Origin: an uncultured Alphaproteobacteria bacterium
Lineage (GTDB): Bacteria > Pseudomonadota > Alphaproteobacteria > Methylaequorales > Methylaequoraceae
NCBI GenBank assembly: GCA_902526175.1
Contig: CABZJY010000002.1
Coordinates: 122,372-186,371, forward strand
Reading direction: 5' to 3'
DNA length: 64,000 bases
Shown here: positions 33,282 through 43,907 of the stretch, piece by piece
Position numbering within the stretch: position 1 is the first letter of the stretch
Layout of the letters: each line of letters starts with the position of its first letter
Translations under genes and position numbers: made by a program
Notes under the pieces: model-generated
The model's input: the letters and a program-made list of their open reading frames with translations, nothing else
Databases searched by the model: none
Told to the model about the DNA's origin: nothing

Positions 33282-33857
33282 ATGTTCAGATTTCTAATTT
33301 ATTTTCTAATTTTATCTTTACCAACTTTAAATGTTTATTCACAAGAGAAAAAAAATGCTGATGAAAAGAAAAAAATAATTTCAGAGTATACAAAAGTAGG
33401 AGTTGTTGACATGCGAAAAATTTTGAATGAGTCTACGGCCTATCAAGGTGTGGTTGAACAATTTGAAGATATCAGAAGAAAACAAAGAAATAGAATGACT
33501 AAAAAAGAGGATGAACTTAGAGATGAAGAAAATAATTTATTCAAGCAAAAAAATATAATATCTAAAGAAGCTTATTCAAAAAAATTAAAAGATTTGACAA
33601 ATAAAGTTAATTTATTGAAGAAAGAAACAAATGATGAAATAAAAAAGTATGAAATTTCATTTGAAAAAGCAACTATGAAAATACAATCAAGTTTAGTTGA
33701 TGTTTTAGCGAAAATTGCAAATGACAAACAACTAGATCTCGTTTTGGCAAAAGATCAGGTTCTGCTTGTTGGAAAGGACATTGACTTGACTGATGAATCA
33801 ATTGGAAAATTAAATGAAATACTTCCTAAATTAAAGTTTGACACTCCAACACAATAA
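33282..33857 (+). CDS. skp: OmpH/Skp family periplasmic chaperone
   Basis: Signal peptide, VGVVDM..IL..S, coiled coil, DLVL, DLTD; between bamA and lpxD; AGGAG SD. Confidence 0.88.
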   Translation: MFRFLIYFLILSLPTLNVYSQEKKNADEKKKIISEYTKVGVVDMRKILNESTAYQGVVEQFEDIRRKQRNRMTKKEDELRDEENNLFKQKNIISKEAYSKKLKDLTNKVNLLKKETNDEIKKYEISFEKATMKIQSSLVDVLAKIANDKQLDLVLAKDQVLLVGKDIDLTDESIGKLNEILPKLKFDTPTQ

Positions 33858-33867
33858 AGGATAAATT

Positions 33868-34866
33868 TTGCCAGACCAGATTTTTTATAAAAACCAAGGA
33901 CCCTTTAGTTTGTCTGATATATCAGAACACTTTAAGTGTGAAATCGTCGGTGATAGCAAAAAAATTATTCATGATATATCTACTCTTTCTGAAGCAACAA
34001 ATTCAGATATTTCATTTCTTAGCAATAAGAGATATGTTGAACAATTTAAACAATCCAAGGCAGGTGTAATAATTGTTGAAAAAAAATTTGTTGATAATAA
34101 CAAATCAAGGCAGTACGTCATATCTGATAATCCTTATTTTTTGTTTGCGCAAATTGTTCGAAAATTTTATCCCGAATCAATCGCTCAAAATAATTATTTC
34201 TTAGAAGATGATTTTAAAATTGAAAGTAAAAGTAGTAAATTTTCATATAGATCTTTTGTGCATAAAACAGCCAAAATTGGTCATAATACACAAATTGGGG
34301 TTAATACTTTTATTGGGCCAGGAGTTGAGATAGGTGAAAACTGTAATATATCTGATAATGTAAGTATTTTTTTTTCTAAAATCATGAATTCATGCACTAT
34401 TTTTTCTGGATCAAGAATTGGAGGAGAAGGTTTTGGTTTTGCCATCAAAGAAAATAGATTTTTAAAAATTCCTCAAGTTGGTCGTGTAATACTTCATGAT
34501 GGAGTACAGATAGGGTGTAATGTAACTATTGATAGAGGTTCCGCTGGTGATACAGTGATAAAAAAAAATTGTATGATTGATAACTTAGTACAGATTGGTC
34601 ACAATGTTAACATCGGAGAAAATTGTGTAATTGCTGCTATGGTCGGTATATCAGGAAGCACTAAAATTGGAAATAATGTTCTTATTGGAGGAAAAGTTGG
34701 TTTCAGTGGACACCTAAATATTGGAAATAATGTTAAAATAGCTGCTGGAAGTGGAGTTATAAAAGATATAAAAGATAATGAATCTGTAGGTGGGTATCCT
34801 GCACAACCAATATTTGAGTGGCATAGATCGACCATAAATCTAAAAAAGTTAAAGAAAAGTGTTTGA
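33868..34866 (+). CDS. lpxD: UDP-3-O-(3-hydroxyacyl)glucosamine N-acyltransferase
   Basis: NPY..FA, GFGFA, KIPQVGRV, TIDRG, DNLVQIGHNV, hexapeptide repeats, GYPA. Confidence 0.96.
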   Translation: MPDQIFYKNQGPFSLSDISEHFKCEIVGDSKKIIHDISTLSEATNSDISFLSNKRYVEQFKQSKAGVIIVEKKFVDNNKSRQYVISDNPYFLFAQIVRKFYPESIAQNNYFLEDDFKIESKSSKFSYRSFVHKTAKIGHNTQIGVNTFIGPGVEIGENCNISDNVSIFFSKIMNSCTIFSGSRIGGEGFGFAIKENRFLKIPQVGRVILHDGVQIGCNVTIDRGSAGDTVIKKNCMIDNLVQIGHNVNIGENCVIAAMVGISGSTKIGNNVLIGGKVGFSGHLNIGNNVKIAAGSGVIKDIKDNESVGGYPAQPIFEWHRSTINLKKLKKSV

Positions 34867-35323
34867 AAAAAATAAAATTACAATTGAAGAAATAAAAAAA
34901 CTTATTCCGCATAAGTATCCATTCTTATTAATTGATAAATTGGAGGATATAAATCCATTTAAATCTGCTACAGGAATAAAAAATGTAACCTTTAACGAAT
35001 ATTTCTTTCAAGGACATTTTGAGAATATGTCAGTTATGCCTGGAGCGTTAATCATAGAATCTATGGCTCAGTCAGCTGGTGCCCTAGTGATGTTTAGTCT
35101 AAAAAAAACACATGAAAAATTTTCTGTTTTTTTGATGTCTGTTGATAAAGCAAAATTTAGAGTTCCAGTTCGTCCAGGGGATGTTTTGAAAATGAAAGTT
35201 TTAAAAAAAAATAATATAAGAAATATATGGAAATTTGAGTGTAAATGTTTTGTGGAAGATAAACTTGTTGCGCAAGCAGAAATAGCTGCCTTACTGTCTG
35301 ATCAAACTGATAATGAGGAATGA
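34859..35323 (+). CDS. fabZ: 3-hydroxyacyl-ACP dehydratase
   Basis: PHKYPFLLID, KNVTFNE.FF.GHF, MPG.LI.ESMAQ, FR.PVRPGD. Confidence 0.97.
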   Translation: MFEKNKITIEEIKKLIPHKYPFLLIDKLEDINPFKSATGIKNVTFNEYFFQGHFENMSVMPGALIIESMAQSAGALVMFSLKKTHEKFSVFLMSVDKAKFRVPVRPGDVLKMKVLKKNNIRNIWKFECKCFVEDKLVAQAEIAALLSDQTDNEE

Positions 35324-35381
35324 AATATTCTGAAATTTAATGTTATTAGAATTAAGCAAATAAAACCTTATAATCTAAAAT

Positions 35382-36161
35382 ATGATTCATAAAAATTCAC
35401 TTGTAGATCCCGGTGCTGTATTAGGCGAAAACGTAAAAATAGGCCCTTTCTCAATTATTGGAAAAAATGTCAAATTAGGTAATAACGTTAATATAATGAA
35501 TAATGTAGTGATAGATGGTAATACAGAAATTGAAAATAATGTGACAATTTTTCCCTATGCATCTATCGGTTTAATTCCTCAAGATTTAAAATTTAAGGGA
35601 GAAAATTCAAGGCTTTATATAGGAAAAAATTGCATAATAAGAGAATATGTGACAATTAACACAGGTACGGAGGGGGGAGGTATGCTTACAAGGGTAGATG
35701 AAAGCTGTCTTTTGATGGTCGGAACGCATATAGCACATGATTGTCACGTTGGAAGTAAAGTTATCTTTGCTAATAATGCAACACTTGCAGGTCATGTATC
35801 TATAGGAAATGAAGCAATTATCGGTGGATTAAGTGCAATACATCAGTTTGTCAGAGTGGGTGAAGGTGCAATAATTGGAGGTATGTCAGGTGTCACATCT
35901 GACGTGATTCCTTATGGTTCAGTTATGGGGAATAGGGCAAAATTGAGTGGTTTAAATCTCATAGGGCTCAAAAGAAAAAAAATTGATAAAGTAGAAATTA
36001 ATGCAATGAGAAAACTCTATAAAAGTATTTTTGGAAAAAATGGATTAAATTTTAAAGATAGAATTAGCAATTTAGATAAAGAATTTAATAATTTTTCTCT
36101 TTGTAAAAAGATTATTAGTTTTTTAAAAGAGAGCAATACAAGAGCAATTTGCCACCCATGA
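35382..36161 (+). CDS. lpxA: UDP-N-acetylglucosamine O-acyltransferase
   Basis: PQDLKFKGE, IREYVTI, HIAHDC, LAGHV, HQFVRVG, DVIPY, GLNLIGLKR. Confidence 0.97.
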   Translation: MIHKNSLVDPGAVLGENVKIGPFSIIGKNVKLGNNVNIMNNVVIDGNTEIENNVTIFPYASIGLIPQDLKFKGENSRLYIGKNCIIREYVTINTGTEGGGMLTRVDESCLLMVGTHIAHDCHVGSKVIFANNATLAGHVSIGNEAIIGGLSAIHQFVRVGEGAIIGGMSGVTSDVIPYGSVMGNRAKLSGLNLIGLKRKKIDKVEINAMRKLYKSIFGKNGLNFKDRISNLDKEFNNFSLCKKIISFLKESNTRAICHP

Positions 36162-36976
36162 ATAATAAAGTCATTGTTATTGCTGGAAGAGGCAACTTAC
36201 CCAAAGTTTTAATTAATGAAATGATTAAAAAAAATCTAGATATTCACATTTTGTTTATTAAAGGAAATGAAACCAAAAATAATCTTTTAAATCACTCACA
36301 TACAATTACATCATACGGCAGTATAATTACAAAACTATTAAACCTAAAGAAAAATGGATTTAAAAAAATAATTTTTGCTGGATCATTACAAAAACCAACC
36401 TTTAAACAAATAAGGCCCGACTTTAATATGATCAAATTTTTACCACGACTCTCCAAAATTTTTCTTCAAGGTGGAGACGATAGATTATTAAGTTTTTTGA
36501 TTAAAGAATTAGAATCCATGAAATTTGAAATTTTAAATATTAAAGAATACTTATCAAATTATTTTCCATCTCATGGATGCATTACTAAAGTTAGACCCAC
36601 AAAAACAGCGTCATCCGATATTAATATTGGTAAAAAAATACTTGACAATCTATCCCCAATGGATGTCGGTCAAGCAATTATTGTTCAACAAGGTGATGTT
36701 CTTGGTATTGAGGCAGTAGAAGGAACAGATAACTTAATTAAAAGAACAAAAAAATTTATTAAAAATGGTGAAAGACCTACTCTAATTAAATTGTTGAAAA
36801 AAAAACAAGATTTAAGAGCAGATCTTCCTACAATTGGTCTAAATACAATTAAATTATGTAAAAAAAATTTTATTGGCGGTATAGCATTTTCAGCAAATTA
36901 TACTTTGTTTTTAGACTTTAAGAAAATTATTGCAGAATTGAGAAAAGGAAATTTTTTTTTATATGGTATTAAATAA
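36158..36976 (+). CDS. lpxI: UDP-2,3-diacylglucosamine diphosphatase LpxI
   Basis: IAGRGNLP, GDDRLL, DVGQAIIV, IEAVEGTD, QDLRADLPTIG; between lpxA and lpxB. Confidence 0.94.
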   Translation: MNNKVIVIAGRGNLPKVLINEMIKKNLDIHILFIKGNETKNNLLNHSHTITSYGSIITKLLNLKKNGFKKIIFAGSLQKPTFKQIRPDFNMIKFLPRLSKIFLQGGDDRLLSFLIKELESMKFEILNIKEYLSNYFPSHGCITKVRPTKTASSDINIGKKILDNLSPMDVGQAIIVQQGDVLGIEAVEGTDNLIKRTKKFIKNGERPTLIKLLKKKQDLRADLPTIGLNTIKLCKKNFIGGIAFSANYTLFLDFKKIIAELRKGNFFLYGIK

Positions 36977-38078
36977 AAAAAAAATATTTTTAATTAGCAC
37001 AGAGCCATCAGGAGATTTATTAGGTTATGATCTAATTCTGCAAATATATAAACGTTTTCAGAATATTGAAATAATAGGTATTGGTGGTGAAAAAATGAAT
37101 GAACTTAATTTTAAGTCATTTTTTTCAACAGATGGTATGAATGTTAACGGAATAGTAGAAGTTTTATTAAAATTAAAAAAATTTATTAAATGTTTAAATA
37201 GAGTAAAACAATTAATTATTCAAACAAAACCAGATTTAGTTATTACTATTGATTCTCCAAGTTTTAATTATAGAATTGTCAAGAAACTTCAATTTTTAAG
37301 ACCAAAAACTAAATTTGTACACTTGGTTGCACCTACAGTGTGGGCATGGAAAAAGTTTAGAGCAAAAGGTTTTGCTGTAAATTATGATTTGATTTTAACT
37401 TTATTTGATTTTGAACCAAGGTATTTTAAAAAGTATAATAAAAATACTTTTTGTATTGGTCACCCGATATTCTATAAAAAAAAAATAATTTCAAATAATA
37501 TTAAGAATACAATAACTTTTTTTCCAGGTTCGAGAGAAAATGAAATTGATTATATTTTACCTAAAATGATTTTGATTTATCAAAAACTTAGTTTTAAATT
37601 CAAAGATTTAAATTTCGCATTGGTAACATTACCAAGGCTCAAAAGGAAAATATTAAACAAAATTGGAAATAATAAAATTAATGTAGTTACATCAAATGCC
37701 AGTAAAATTAGGATTTTAAAAGATACAAAATTAGCTATAGCTGCATCTGGTACAGTAATTCTTGAGTTATCAAGAAATTTAATTCCTGTAATTGTTGTTT
37801 ATGACTCTAATTTTATCACATCAATATTTGTGAAATATCTAGTAAAATTAAAATGGGCTAATTTAGTAAATATAATATTAAATAAAAATACGATACCTGA
37901 GTATCTTTTTTCTAATTACAAAGTTGAAAAAGTTGTAAATAACGTCGAATTAATTGTAAAACAAAAAGAACTATACGAAAATCAAATTTACGATTTTTTA
38001 AAGCTAAAAAGTAAAATGTTAATAAAAAGAAAAAATCCTATGGATTTAGCATTAGACTATATTAAAAATAGATTATGA
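36963..38078 (+). CDS. lpxB: Lipid-A-disaccharide synthase
   Basis: [41 protein letters not shown]. Confidence 0.95.
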   Translation: MVLNKKKIFLISTEPSGDLLGYDLILQIYKRFQNIEIIGIGGEKMNELNFKSFFSTDGMNVNGIVEVLLKLKKFIKCLNRVKQLIIQTKPDLVITIDSPSFNYRIVKKLQFLRPKTKFVHLVAPTVWAWKKFRAKGFAVNYDLILTLFDFEPRYFKKYNKNTFCIGHPIFYKKKIISNNIKNTITFFPGSRENEIDYILPKMILIYQKLSFKFKDLNFALVTLPRLKRKILNKIGNNKINVVTSNASKIRILKDTKLAIAASGTVILELSRNLIPVIVVYDSNFITSIFVKYLVKLKWANLVNIILNKNTIPEYLFSNYKVEKVVNNVELIVKQKELYENQIYDFLKLKSKMLIKRKNPMDLALDYIKNRL

Positions 38079-39413
38079 AATTTCATTTGGAAACATCTGC
38101 TTATTTTTACGCATAGATCTCTCACTTATTTTTTTAAATACTCTTTTTTTTTCACCAATGTATAGTTGACGTGGCCGGCTAATTTGAGTTTTATTAATAT
38201 CATCTGTCATTTCTTTCCACTGAGATATCCATCCTATTGTTCTAGATACTGCAAAAATTACTGTAAACATAGATTCTGGAAGACCAAGTGCCTTTAAAAT
38301 TATTCCTGAATAAAAATCTACATTTGGGTACAACTTTTTTTCAATAAAGTATTTATCATTCAATGCAATATCTTCAAGTTTGGTTGCTAGTTTTAACAAT
38401 GGGAAGTTTTCTGGATTGAGCTCTTTTAAAAGATTATGACAATATTTTCTTATAACAGAAGCCCTTGGATCATAGTTTTTGTAAACCCTGTGACCAAAAC
38501 CCATAAGTCTAAATGGATCATTTTTATCTTTTGCTCTTTTTATAAATGAAGCAATATTTTTTTCATTCTTTATTTCATATAACATTCTAATAACAGATTC
38601 ATTTGCACCACCATGCGCTGGTCCCCACAAAGATGCAACTCCAGCTGCAATACATGCAAAAGGATTTGCACCAGAAGAACCAGCCATTTTTACTGTAGAT
38701 GTAGATGCATTTTGTTCATGATCAGCATGAAGAATTAGGAGCTTATCTAAAGCGTCTGTTTGTGCTTTTGTAGGTTTAAAATTACCACATGGTGTTGAGA
38801 AAAGCATATGCAGGAAATTCTCGCTATAATTAAGATTGTTATTTGGGTATATAAAAGGTTGTCCAAGAGAGTATTTATATGCTATTGCAGCAATAGTTGG
38901 CATTTTTGCCAAAAGTCGGCTTACAGCCACCCACTTACCTTCGATAGATGAAAAGTCATGTGTTTTCTCAGAATAAAAAGAAGATAGTGCGCCTACTATT
39001 CCAACCATAATAGCCATGGGATGTGAATCTCTTCTAAAACCACTGTAGAATCTTTGAATCTGCTCATGTAACATAGTATGATGAGTCAAAATATCATTAA
39101 ACTTTTTTTTTTGTTCTTTGTTAGGTAACTCTCCATTGAGAAGTAAAAAACAAACTTCAGGATAATCAGAATACTTAGCTAAATCTTCAATACTATAGCC
39201 CCTATGTAAAAGTTTCCCTTTTTCGCCATCTATAAATGTAATAGCCGAATGACAGCTGGCAGTAGATTTAAATCCAGGATCATATACAAACATTCCAGTT
39301 TTTTCGTAGAAATTCGATAAATCTACAACAGATGGTCCGTTAGACCCTTTTATGACTGAAAAATCAAATTTTTTTCCACTATTATTATCTATTATCGTAA
39401 TTTTTTTTTTCAT
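38073..39413 (-). CDS. gltA: Citrate synthase (type II)
   Basis: [57 protein letters not shown]. Confidence 0.98.
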   Translation of the reverse strand: MKKKITIIDNNSGKKFDFSVIKGSNGPSVVDLSNFYEKTGMFVYDPGFKSTASCHSAITFIDGEKGKLLHRGYSIEDLAKYSDYPEVCFLLLNGELPNKEQKKKFNDILTHHTMLHEQIQRFYSGFRRDSHPMAIMVGIVGALSSFYSEKTHDFSSIEGKWVAVSRLLAKMPTIAAIAYKYSLGQPFIYPNNNLNYSENFLHMLFSTPCGNFKPTKAQTDALDKLLILHADHEQNASTSTVKMAGSSGANPFACIAAGVASLWGPAHGGANESVIRMLYEIKNEKNIASFIKRAKDKNDPFRLMGFGHRVYKNYDPRASVIRKYCHNLLKELNPENFPLLKLATKLEDIALNDKYFIEKKLYPNVDFYSGIILKALGLPESMFTVIFAVSRTIGWISQWKEMTDDINKTQISRPRQLYIGEKKRVFKKISERSMRKNKQMFPNEIS

Positions 39414-39421
39414 TCGTTATC

Positions 39422-40789
39422 CTACCACAATTTCTCTAATCTATTTAATACTTCTTTCTTACCAAGAAGGGCCATAACATTATAAATCGATGGTGAATCT
39501 TTGGTCCCAGTCAAAATTAATCTCAATGGAATCCCTATCTCTTTAAAATTCAAATTGTTTGTTTTTATAAAATTTGTTAAACACTTTTTAACATTTTCTA
39601 AGTTCCAGTTTTTTACTTTTTCTAGATCATTAAGTAGTTTTTTATTTCCAATATTAATTTTTTGTATTTTTTGTTTTTCTTTATTTAGGTAATTTTGATT
39701 TTTTATTAAAAAATTTAATTGTCCATATAAATCGTTAACTGTTACTGACCGTTCAACATAATCGGGTAAAAACTTTAATAGGTTTTCATCAATACCATTA
39801 ATGAATTCTTGATTTTTTTCTGCTAGGAGTTTATTTAATTCACTATAGATTTTCTTTACAGAAAGTTCTTTAAGGTAATATTGATTTAAAAAATCAATTT
39901 TTTTTTTATCAATCTTTGATGGTGATTTGCCTACATCTTTTATATTAAAAACTTTTTTTGAAAAATCTAGATCTAGAATTTCTTTATTACCGTATGACCA
40001 CCCTAATCTCAACAAATAGTTTACTATAGCTTGACTTAAATAACCTTTTTGCTTGAAATCAATTAATGATGGAACATTGTCTCTTTTGGAGAGTTTTTCG
40101 CCTTTTTCATTTAATATTAAAGGAATGTGAGCGAAATTTGGTAAATTTGTTTCTGACATTTTGTACAAAAAAAATTGTCGAAAAGTGTTTGTTAAATGGT
40201 CATCACCACGTATTATATCAGTAACACCCATTGAGATGTCGTCAACAACAGACGCTAGTAAAAATGTTGGAGTTTGGTTACTTCTAACCAGTATGTAGTC
40301 ATCAACTTCGTTACTGTTAACTAATACCTTTCCTTGGACCAAATCATTTATTTTAATCTCGTAATTATCAGGTATTTTTAACCTTATTGTGAATTTTTTA
40401 TTCTTTGGATAATGTTTTTCATGCACATCACGCCACTTGCTTCTAAATTTTATATTTTTTTTTTTGAGTGTTTTAGATTGTTCATTGTCTTCAAAGCATT
40501 TATAGGCAATACCTTTAACAATCAATGATTCCGCAAAATTTAAATGATTGTTAATGTTTTCACTTTGAAATATGATTTTTCTATCAGCTTTTATATTAAG
40601 CCATTCTAGACCGTTTAATATTGATTTAATAGCTTCTCTTTTGTTTCTTTCAATATCTGTATCTTCTATTCTAACTCTAAAATCACCATTATTAGATTTA
40701 GCATACAAATAATTAAATAAAGCTGTTCTTGCACCTCCAAGATGTAGATCACCTGAAGGTGAGGGTGCAAACCTTGTTACAGTTTTCAT
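39422..40789 (-). CDS. gltX: Glutamate--tRNA ligase
   Basis: TRFAPSPSG, HLGGARTALFN, RIEDTD, IRGDDHLTNT, KLSKR, PLRLILTG. Confidence 0.97.
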   Translation of the reverse strand: MKTVTRFAPSPSGDLHLGGARTALFNYLYAKSNNGDFRVRIEDTDIERNKREAIKSILNGLEWLNIKADRKIIFQSENINNHLNFAESLIVKGIAYKCFEDNEQSKTLKKKNIKFRSKWRDVHEKHYPKNKKFTIRLKIPDNYEIKINDLVQGKVLVNSNEVDDYILVRSNQTPTFLLASVVDDISMGVTDIIRGDDHLTNTFRQFFLYKMSETNLPNFAHIPLILNEKGEKLSKRDNVPSLIDFKQKGYLSQAIVNYLLRLGWSYGNKEILDLDFSKKVFNIKDVGKSPSKIDKKKIDFLNQYYLKELSVKKIYSELNKLLAEKNQEFINGIDENLLKFLPDYVERSVTVNDLYGQLNFLIKNQNYLNKEKQKIQKINIGNKKLLNDLEKVKNWNLENVKKCLTNFIKTNNLNFKEIGIPLRLILTGTKDSPSIYNVMALLGKKEVLNRLEKLW

Positions 40790-40790
40790 T

Positions 40791-41408
40791 TTAGAACTTT
40801 CTAATTAAGCCTGCTAAAATACCTTGTATTTTTACTCTCTCTGGACCAAAAATTCTAGTTTTATAAGATGAATTAGCTGGTTCCAATGCAATAGAATTTT
40901 TATTTGATCTAAATTTTTTCAATGTAACTTCATTATCATCTATTAAAGCAACCACTATATCCCCAGAAATTGCAGTCTCTTTTTTTTTAATAACAACTAT
41001 ATCTCCATCACAAATACCGTCATTTTTCATCGAATCTCCAGTAACTTCCAATGCAAAGTAATCACTATTACTGCTTAAAAGAAAATCAGGAACAGATATC
41101 TTTTCAAAACTACTTGATATTGCTTCTATTGGATTTCCTGCAGCAATTTTTCCTAAAAAAGGTATATATCCCTTTGTATTTTTTTTTGATTTTGTGTATG
41201 TTCCTTGGTTAATTTTTAAAGCCCTTGCTTTATGTGGTATTCTAGTGATAAAACCTCGCTCCTCAATCGAAGAAATAAGTTTATGAATCCCAGATTTCGA
41301 TTTTACACTCAGAGCACTTTTCATTTCTTCATATGTAGGAAATATTCCATAACTAGAAAAATATTCATTTATGAAGTCTAGTAATTTTTTTTGTTTAAGA
41401 GTAAGCAC
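40791..41408 (-). CDS. lexA: SOS repressor LexA
   Basis: Alphaproteobacterial HTH (P.YEEM..AL...SKSGIH), ERGFI, A-G cleavage site (IAAGNP), catalytic Ser (GDSM) and Lys (TLKK); GTG start. Confidence 0.97.
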   Translation of the reverse strand: MLTLKQKKLLDFINEYFSSYGIFPTYEEMKSALSVKSKSGIHKLISSIEERGFITRIPHKARALKINQGTYTKSKKNTKGYIPFLGKIAAGNPIEAISSSFEKISVPDFLLSSNSDYFALEVTGDSMKNDGICDGDIVVIKKKETAISGDIVVALIDDNEVTLKKFRSNKNSIALEPANSSYKTRIFGPERVKIQGILAGLIRKF

Positions 41409-41416
41409 TGATAAAT

Positions 41417-41431
41417 GTTCTACATAAGTTC
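41417..41431 (-). promoter_or_regulatory. Alphaproteobacterial SOS box (GAAC-N7-GAAC) upstream of lexA
   Basis: + strand GTTC-tacataa-GTTC, a perfect consensus 8 nt upstream of the lexA start. It overlaps a predicted promoter TTGACT (41445-40), N17, TAGAAC (41422-17). Confidence 0.92.
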
Positions 41432-41447
41432 TTTTTAAAAGTCAATA

Positions 41448-42662
41448 TCATATATAATTTAAATTTAAACTATCAAATAGAAATACTTTATAAATTCTAT
41501 TCTTTAACACTTTTTCTGATGAATGTAAGATTATTATACCATCAGCTCTTGATAGTTCGCTGTTTAAAGAGCTATCTTGTTTTTCAATAGGTGAAAATGA
41601 CAAGTGGTTTTTTGTGCGAATTAATTTTATTCTTAAAAATAAAGTTAGTTTAGTATTGTTTACATAATTTCTTGTACTTTTTATTTCTTTTTCCACAAAT
41701 AAATTCTTCCTGTTTCCATAAAAACTATTAATTATTTCATTTACAAAAAATACTGATGTTACAAAACATGAAATTGGGTTTCCAGGTAGTCCAAGAAAAT
41801 AGGTTCCATTTTTAAAAGTACCAAATGTTGTTGGTTTACCTGGTTTTATAGCAACGCCTTGAAATAATATTTTCAAATTCATTTCTAAAAGTGATTCTTT
41901 AATTAAATCATATCTTCCTTTTGAAATTCCACCTGATGTTATTAATAAGTCATGACTATTTAGCTTTTTTACAGTTTTTTTTATATCTTCCTTTTTATCT
42001 TTTACATACTTAACTTCAACTAAATTTCCATTTAATAAATTTATAAATGTTTCTAGAACTTTTGAATTTGTTGATGGAATAAATCCTTTTGGATTATTTT
42101 TATTTAGTATTTCGTCACCGGAAATAATTACTGAAATATTTATTTTTTTAAAAACATCAATGTATTTTTGATTTGCTCTTAATGCTAAAAGTGTATCCCT
42201 TAAATTTAATATTTTATCTTTTGAAATTATTTTTTGCCCAATTTTTATATCACTTGATTTTTGTCTAATAAAATTCCTAGGTATAAAATCCTTTGAAATT
42301 TTAAAGATTTTTTTTTCAATAAATTTTAGTTCCTCAATAGGAATAACTAATTTTTTATTTTTGCCAGGAATTGGCGCTCCGGTAAATATAAACTTTGATT
42401 CATTTTTTTTTAGTTCTGTAGATTTTTTATCTCCAGCTTTTATTTCATCAACAATTTTGTATGTCTTATTTAAGCTGTAATCATTTTTATTTATTACAAC
42501 TCCATCCATAGCTGAATTATCAAATTCTGGATAATTATTTTTTGAAAAATAGTTTTTAAACGGAATTCTTGAGATTGAATTTTCAGTTTTTATCTTTTCA
42601 TATTTTTTATTTTTTTTTACATTCTTTTTTATAATTTCTAATGCTTTTGAGAAGCTAATCAT
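41448..42662 (-). CDS. moeA: Molybdopterin molybdotransferase
   Basis: FDNSAMDG, FTGAPIP, GDEI, TSGGIS.G, KPGKP, LPGNPIS; ATG 42662 preferred as start. Confidence 0.94.
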   Translation of the reverse strand: MISFSKALEIIKKNVKKNKKYEKIKTENSISRIPFKNYFSKNNYPEFDNSAMDGVVINKNDYSLNKTYKIVDEIKAGDKKSTELKKNESKFIFTGAPIPGKNKKLVIPIEELKFIEKKIFKISKDFIPRNFIRQKSSDIKIGQKIISKDKILNLRDTLLALRANQKYIDVFKKINISVIISGDEILNKNNPKGFIPSTNSKVLETFINLLNGNLVEVKYVKDKKEDIKKTVKKLNSHDLLITSGGISKGRYDLIKESLLEMNLKILFQGVAIKPGKPTTFGTFKNGTYFLGLPGNPISCFVTSVFFVNEIINSFYGNRKNLFVEKEIKSTRNYVNNTKLTLFLRIKLIRTKNHLSFSPIEKQDSSLNSELSRADGIIILHSSEKVLKNRIYKVFLFDSLNLNYI

Positions 42663-43131
42663 TTTTAAATTTCCCTGATTTTCCACCAGATTTAAATTTT
42701 AATTTTACATCTGTAACTATAATGCCTTTATCTAGCGATTTACACATATCATAAATTGTTAGAGCAGCATTAGTAACTGATACAAGCGCTTCCATCTCTA
42801 CACCGGTCTTACCTGAGCATTTACAATTCGATATTATTTTAATTTCATTTTTTTTTATATTAATATCAAAATCTACACTTATTTCGTCTAAATTTAATTT
42901 GTGACAAAGAGGAATTAATTCTGATGTTTTTTTAGCAGCTTGAATACCAGCTATTCTAGCAGTTGAAAAAATTTCCCCTTTTGTGTTTCCGTTATTAATT
43001 AATATATTGAATGTTTTTTTTGAAAATACTACTCTTGCTTCAGCTATTGCAATTCTTTTAGTTATTTTTTTTGAAGATATATCAACCATTTTAGCTTTAT
43101 TTTTTTCAATATGAGATAATTTGACAGTCAT
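42655..43131 (-). CDS. moaC: Cyclic pyranopterin monophosphate synthase
   Basis: MVDIS.K, ARIAGI.AAKKT..LIPLCH, TGVEMEAL, IYDMCK, KSGGKSG. Confidence 0.97.
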   Translation of the reverse strand: MTVKLSHIEKNKAKMVDISSKKITKRIAIAEARVVFSKKTFNILINNGNTKGEIFSTARIAGIQAAKKTSELIPLCHKLNLDEISVDFDINIKKNEIKIISNCKCSGKTGVEMEALVSVTNAALTIYDMCKSLDKGIIVTDVKLKFKSGGKSGKFKND

Positions 43132-43907
43132 TTTTGTATTAAATTTTTTGTTGCATTAAAGATATTTCGTTGTTTCATTAAAAACTCACCTATTAAAAAA
43201 GCATCTGCACCTTCTTCACTTATTTTCTTAAGTTCAAAGTTTTCCGTAATACCGCTTTCACAAACTTTTATTATATTTTGGGGTATATATTTTGAAAGTT
43301 TTTTAAATAAATTAATATCTATTTCCAAGGTTTTAAGATTTCTATTATTGATACCTATACACCGAGCACCAATTCCAATTGCTCTTTGTAACTCTTCATA
43401 ATCATGAATTTCTGTTATTACATCCATGTCCAATTCATGTGCTAATTTTAAGAATTCTTTTGCTTTAGTATCATCTAAAATGGATAAAATTAGTAATATA
43501 CAATCTGCGCCATAATAAAAACTTTCATAAATTTGCCATTCATCTATTATGAAATCCTTCCTAAGTATTGGTATATTAATTTTTTCTTTAATATCTTGTA
43601 TAAAACTTATTTTTCCACCAAAGAAATTTTTTTCTGTTAATACTGATAAACACTTTGCTCCAGCTTTTTTGTAATTGAGTGCAATTTCTACATGATTAAA
43701 TTTTTGTCTTATGAGTCCAGCACTCGGAGATTTTCTTTTTATTTCTGCTATTAAATTATATCTTTCTTTATCTTTACTTCTTAGGACACTAAGAAAATTG
43801 CTTTTATTTTTTTTACGTTTTTTAGTAAAAAAATCTACACTTGACTTACATTTTAAAACTTCTAGTTCTTTCCTTTTTTCTATACAAATTTTTTTAAGAA
43901 CATTCAT
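43128..43907 (-). CDS. trpC: Indole-3-glycerol-phosphate synthase
   Basis: IAEIKRKSPS, SVLTE..FF.G, PILRKDFIID, GINNRNL, ESGI, LIGE.LM. Confidence 0.97.
   Translation of the reverse strand: MNVLKKICIEKRKELEVLKCKSSVDFFTKKRKKNKSNFLSVLRSKDKERYNLIAEIKRKSPSAGLIRQKFNHVEIALNYKKAGAKCLSVLTEKNFFGGKISFIQDIKEKINIPILRKDFIIDEWQIYESFYYGADCILLILSILDDTKAKEFLKLAHELDMDVITEIHDYEELQRAIGIGARCIGINNRNLKTLEIDINLFKKLSKYIPQNIIKVCESGITENFELKKISEEGADAFLIGEFLMKQRNIFNATKNLIQK

Noticed and set aside
36963..38078. LpxB motif deviations (STEPSGD, IDSPSF) as a sign of inactivation
   Set aside because: The first Asp of the IDxP motif and the PGSR and ASGT motifs are retained, the frame is intact and the rest of the lipid A cluster is present.
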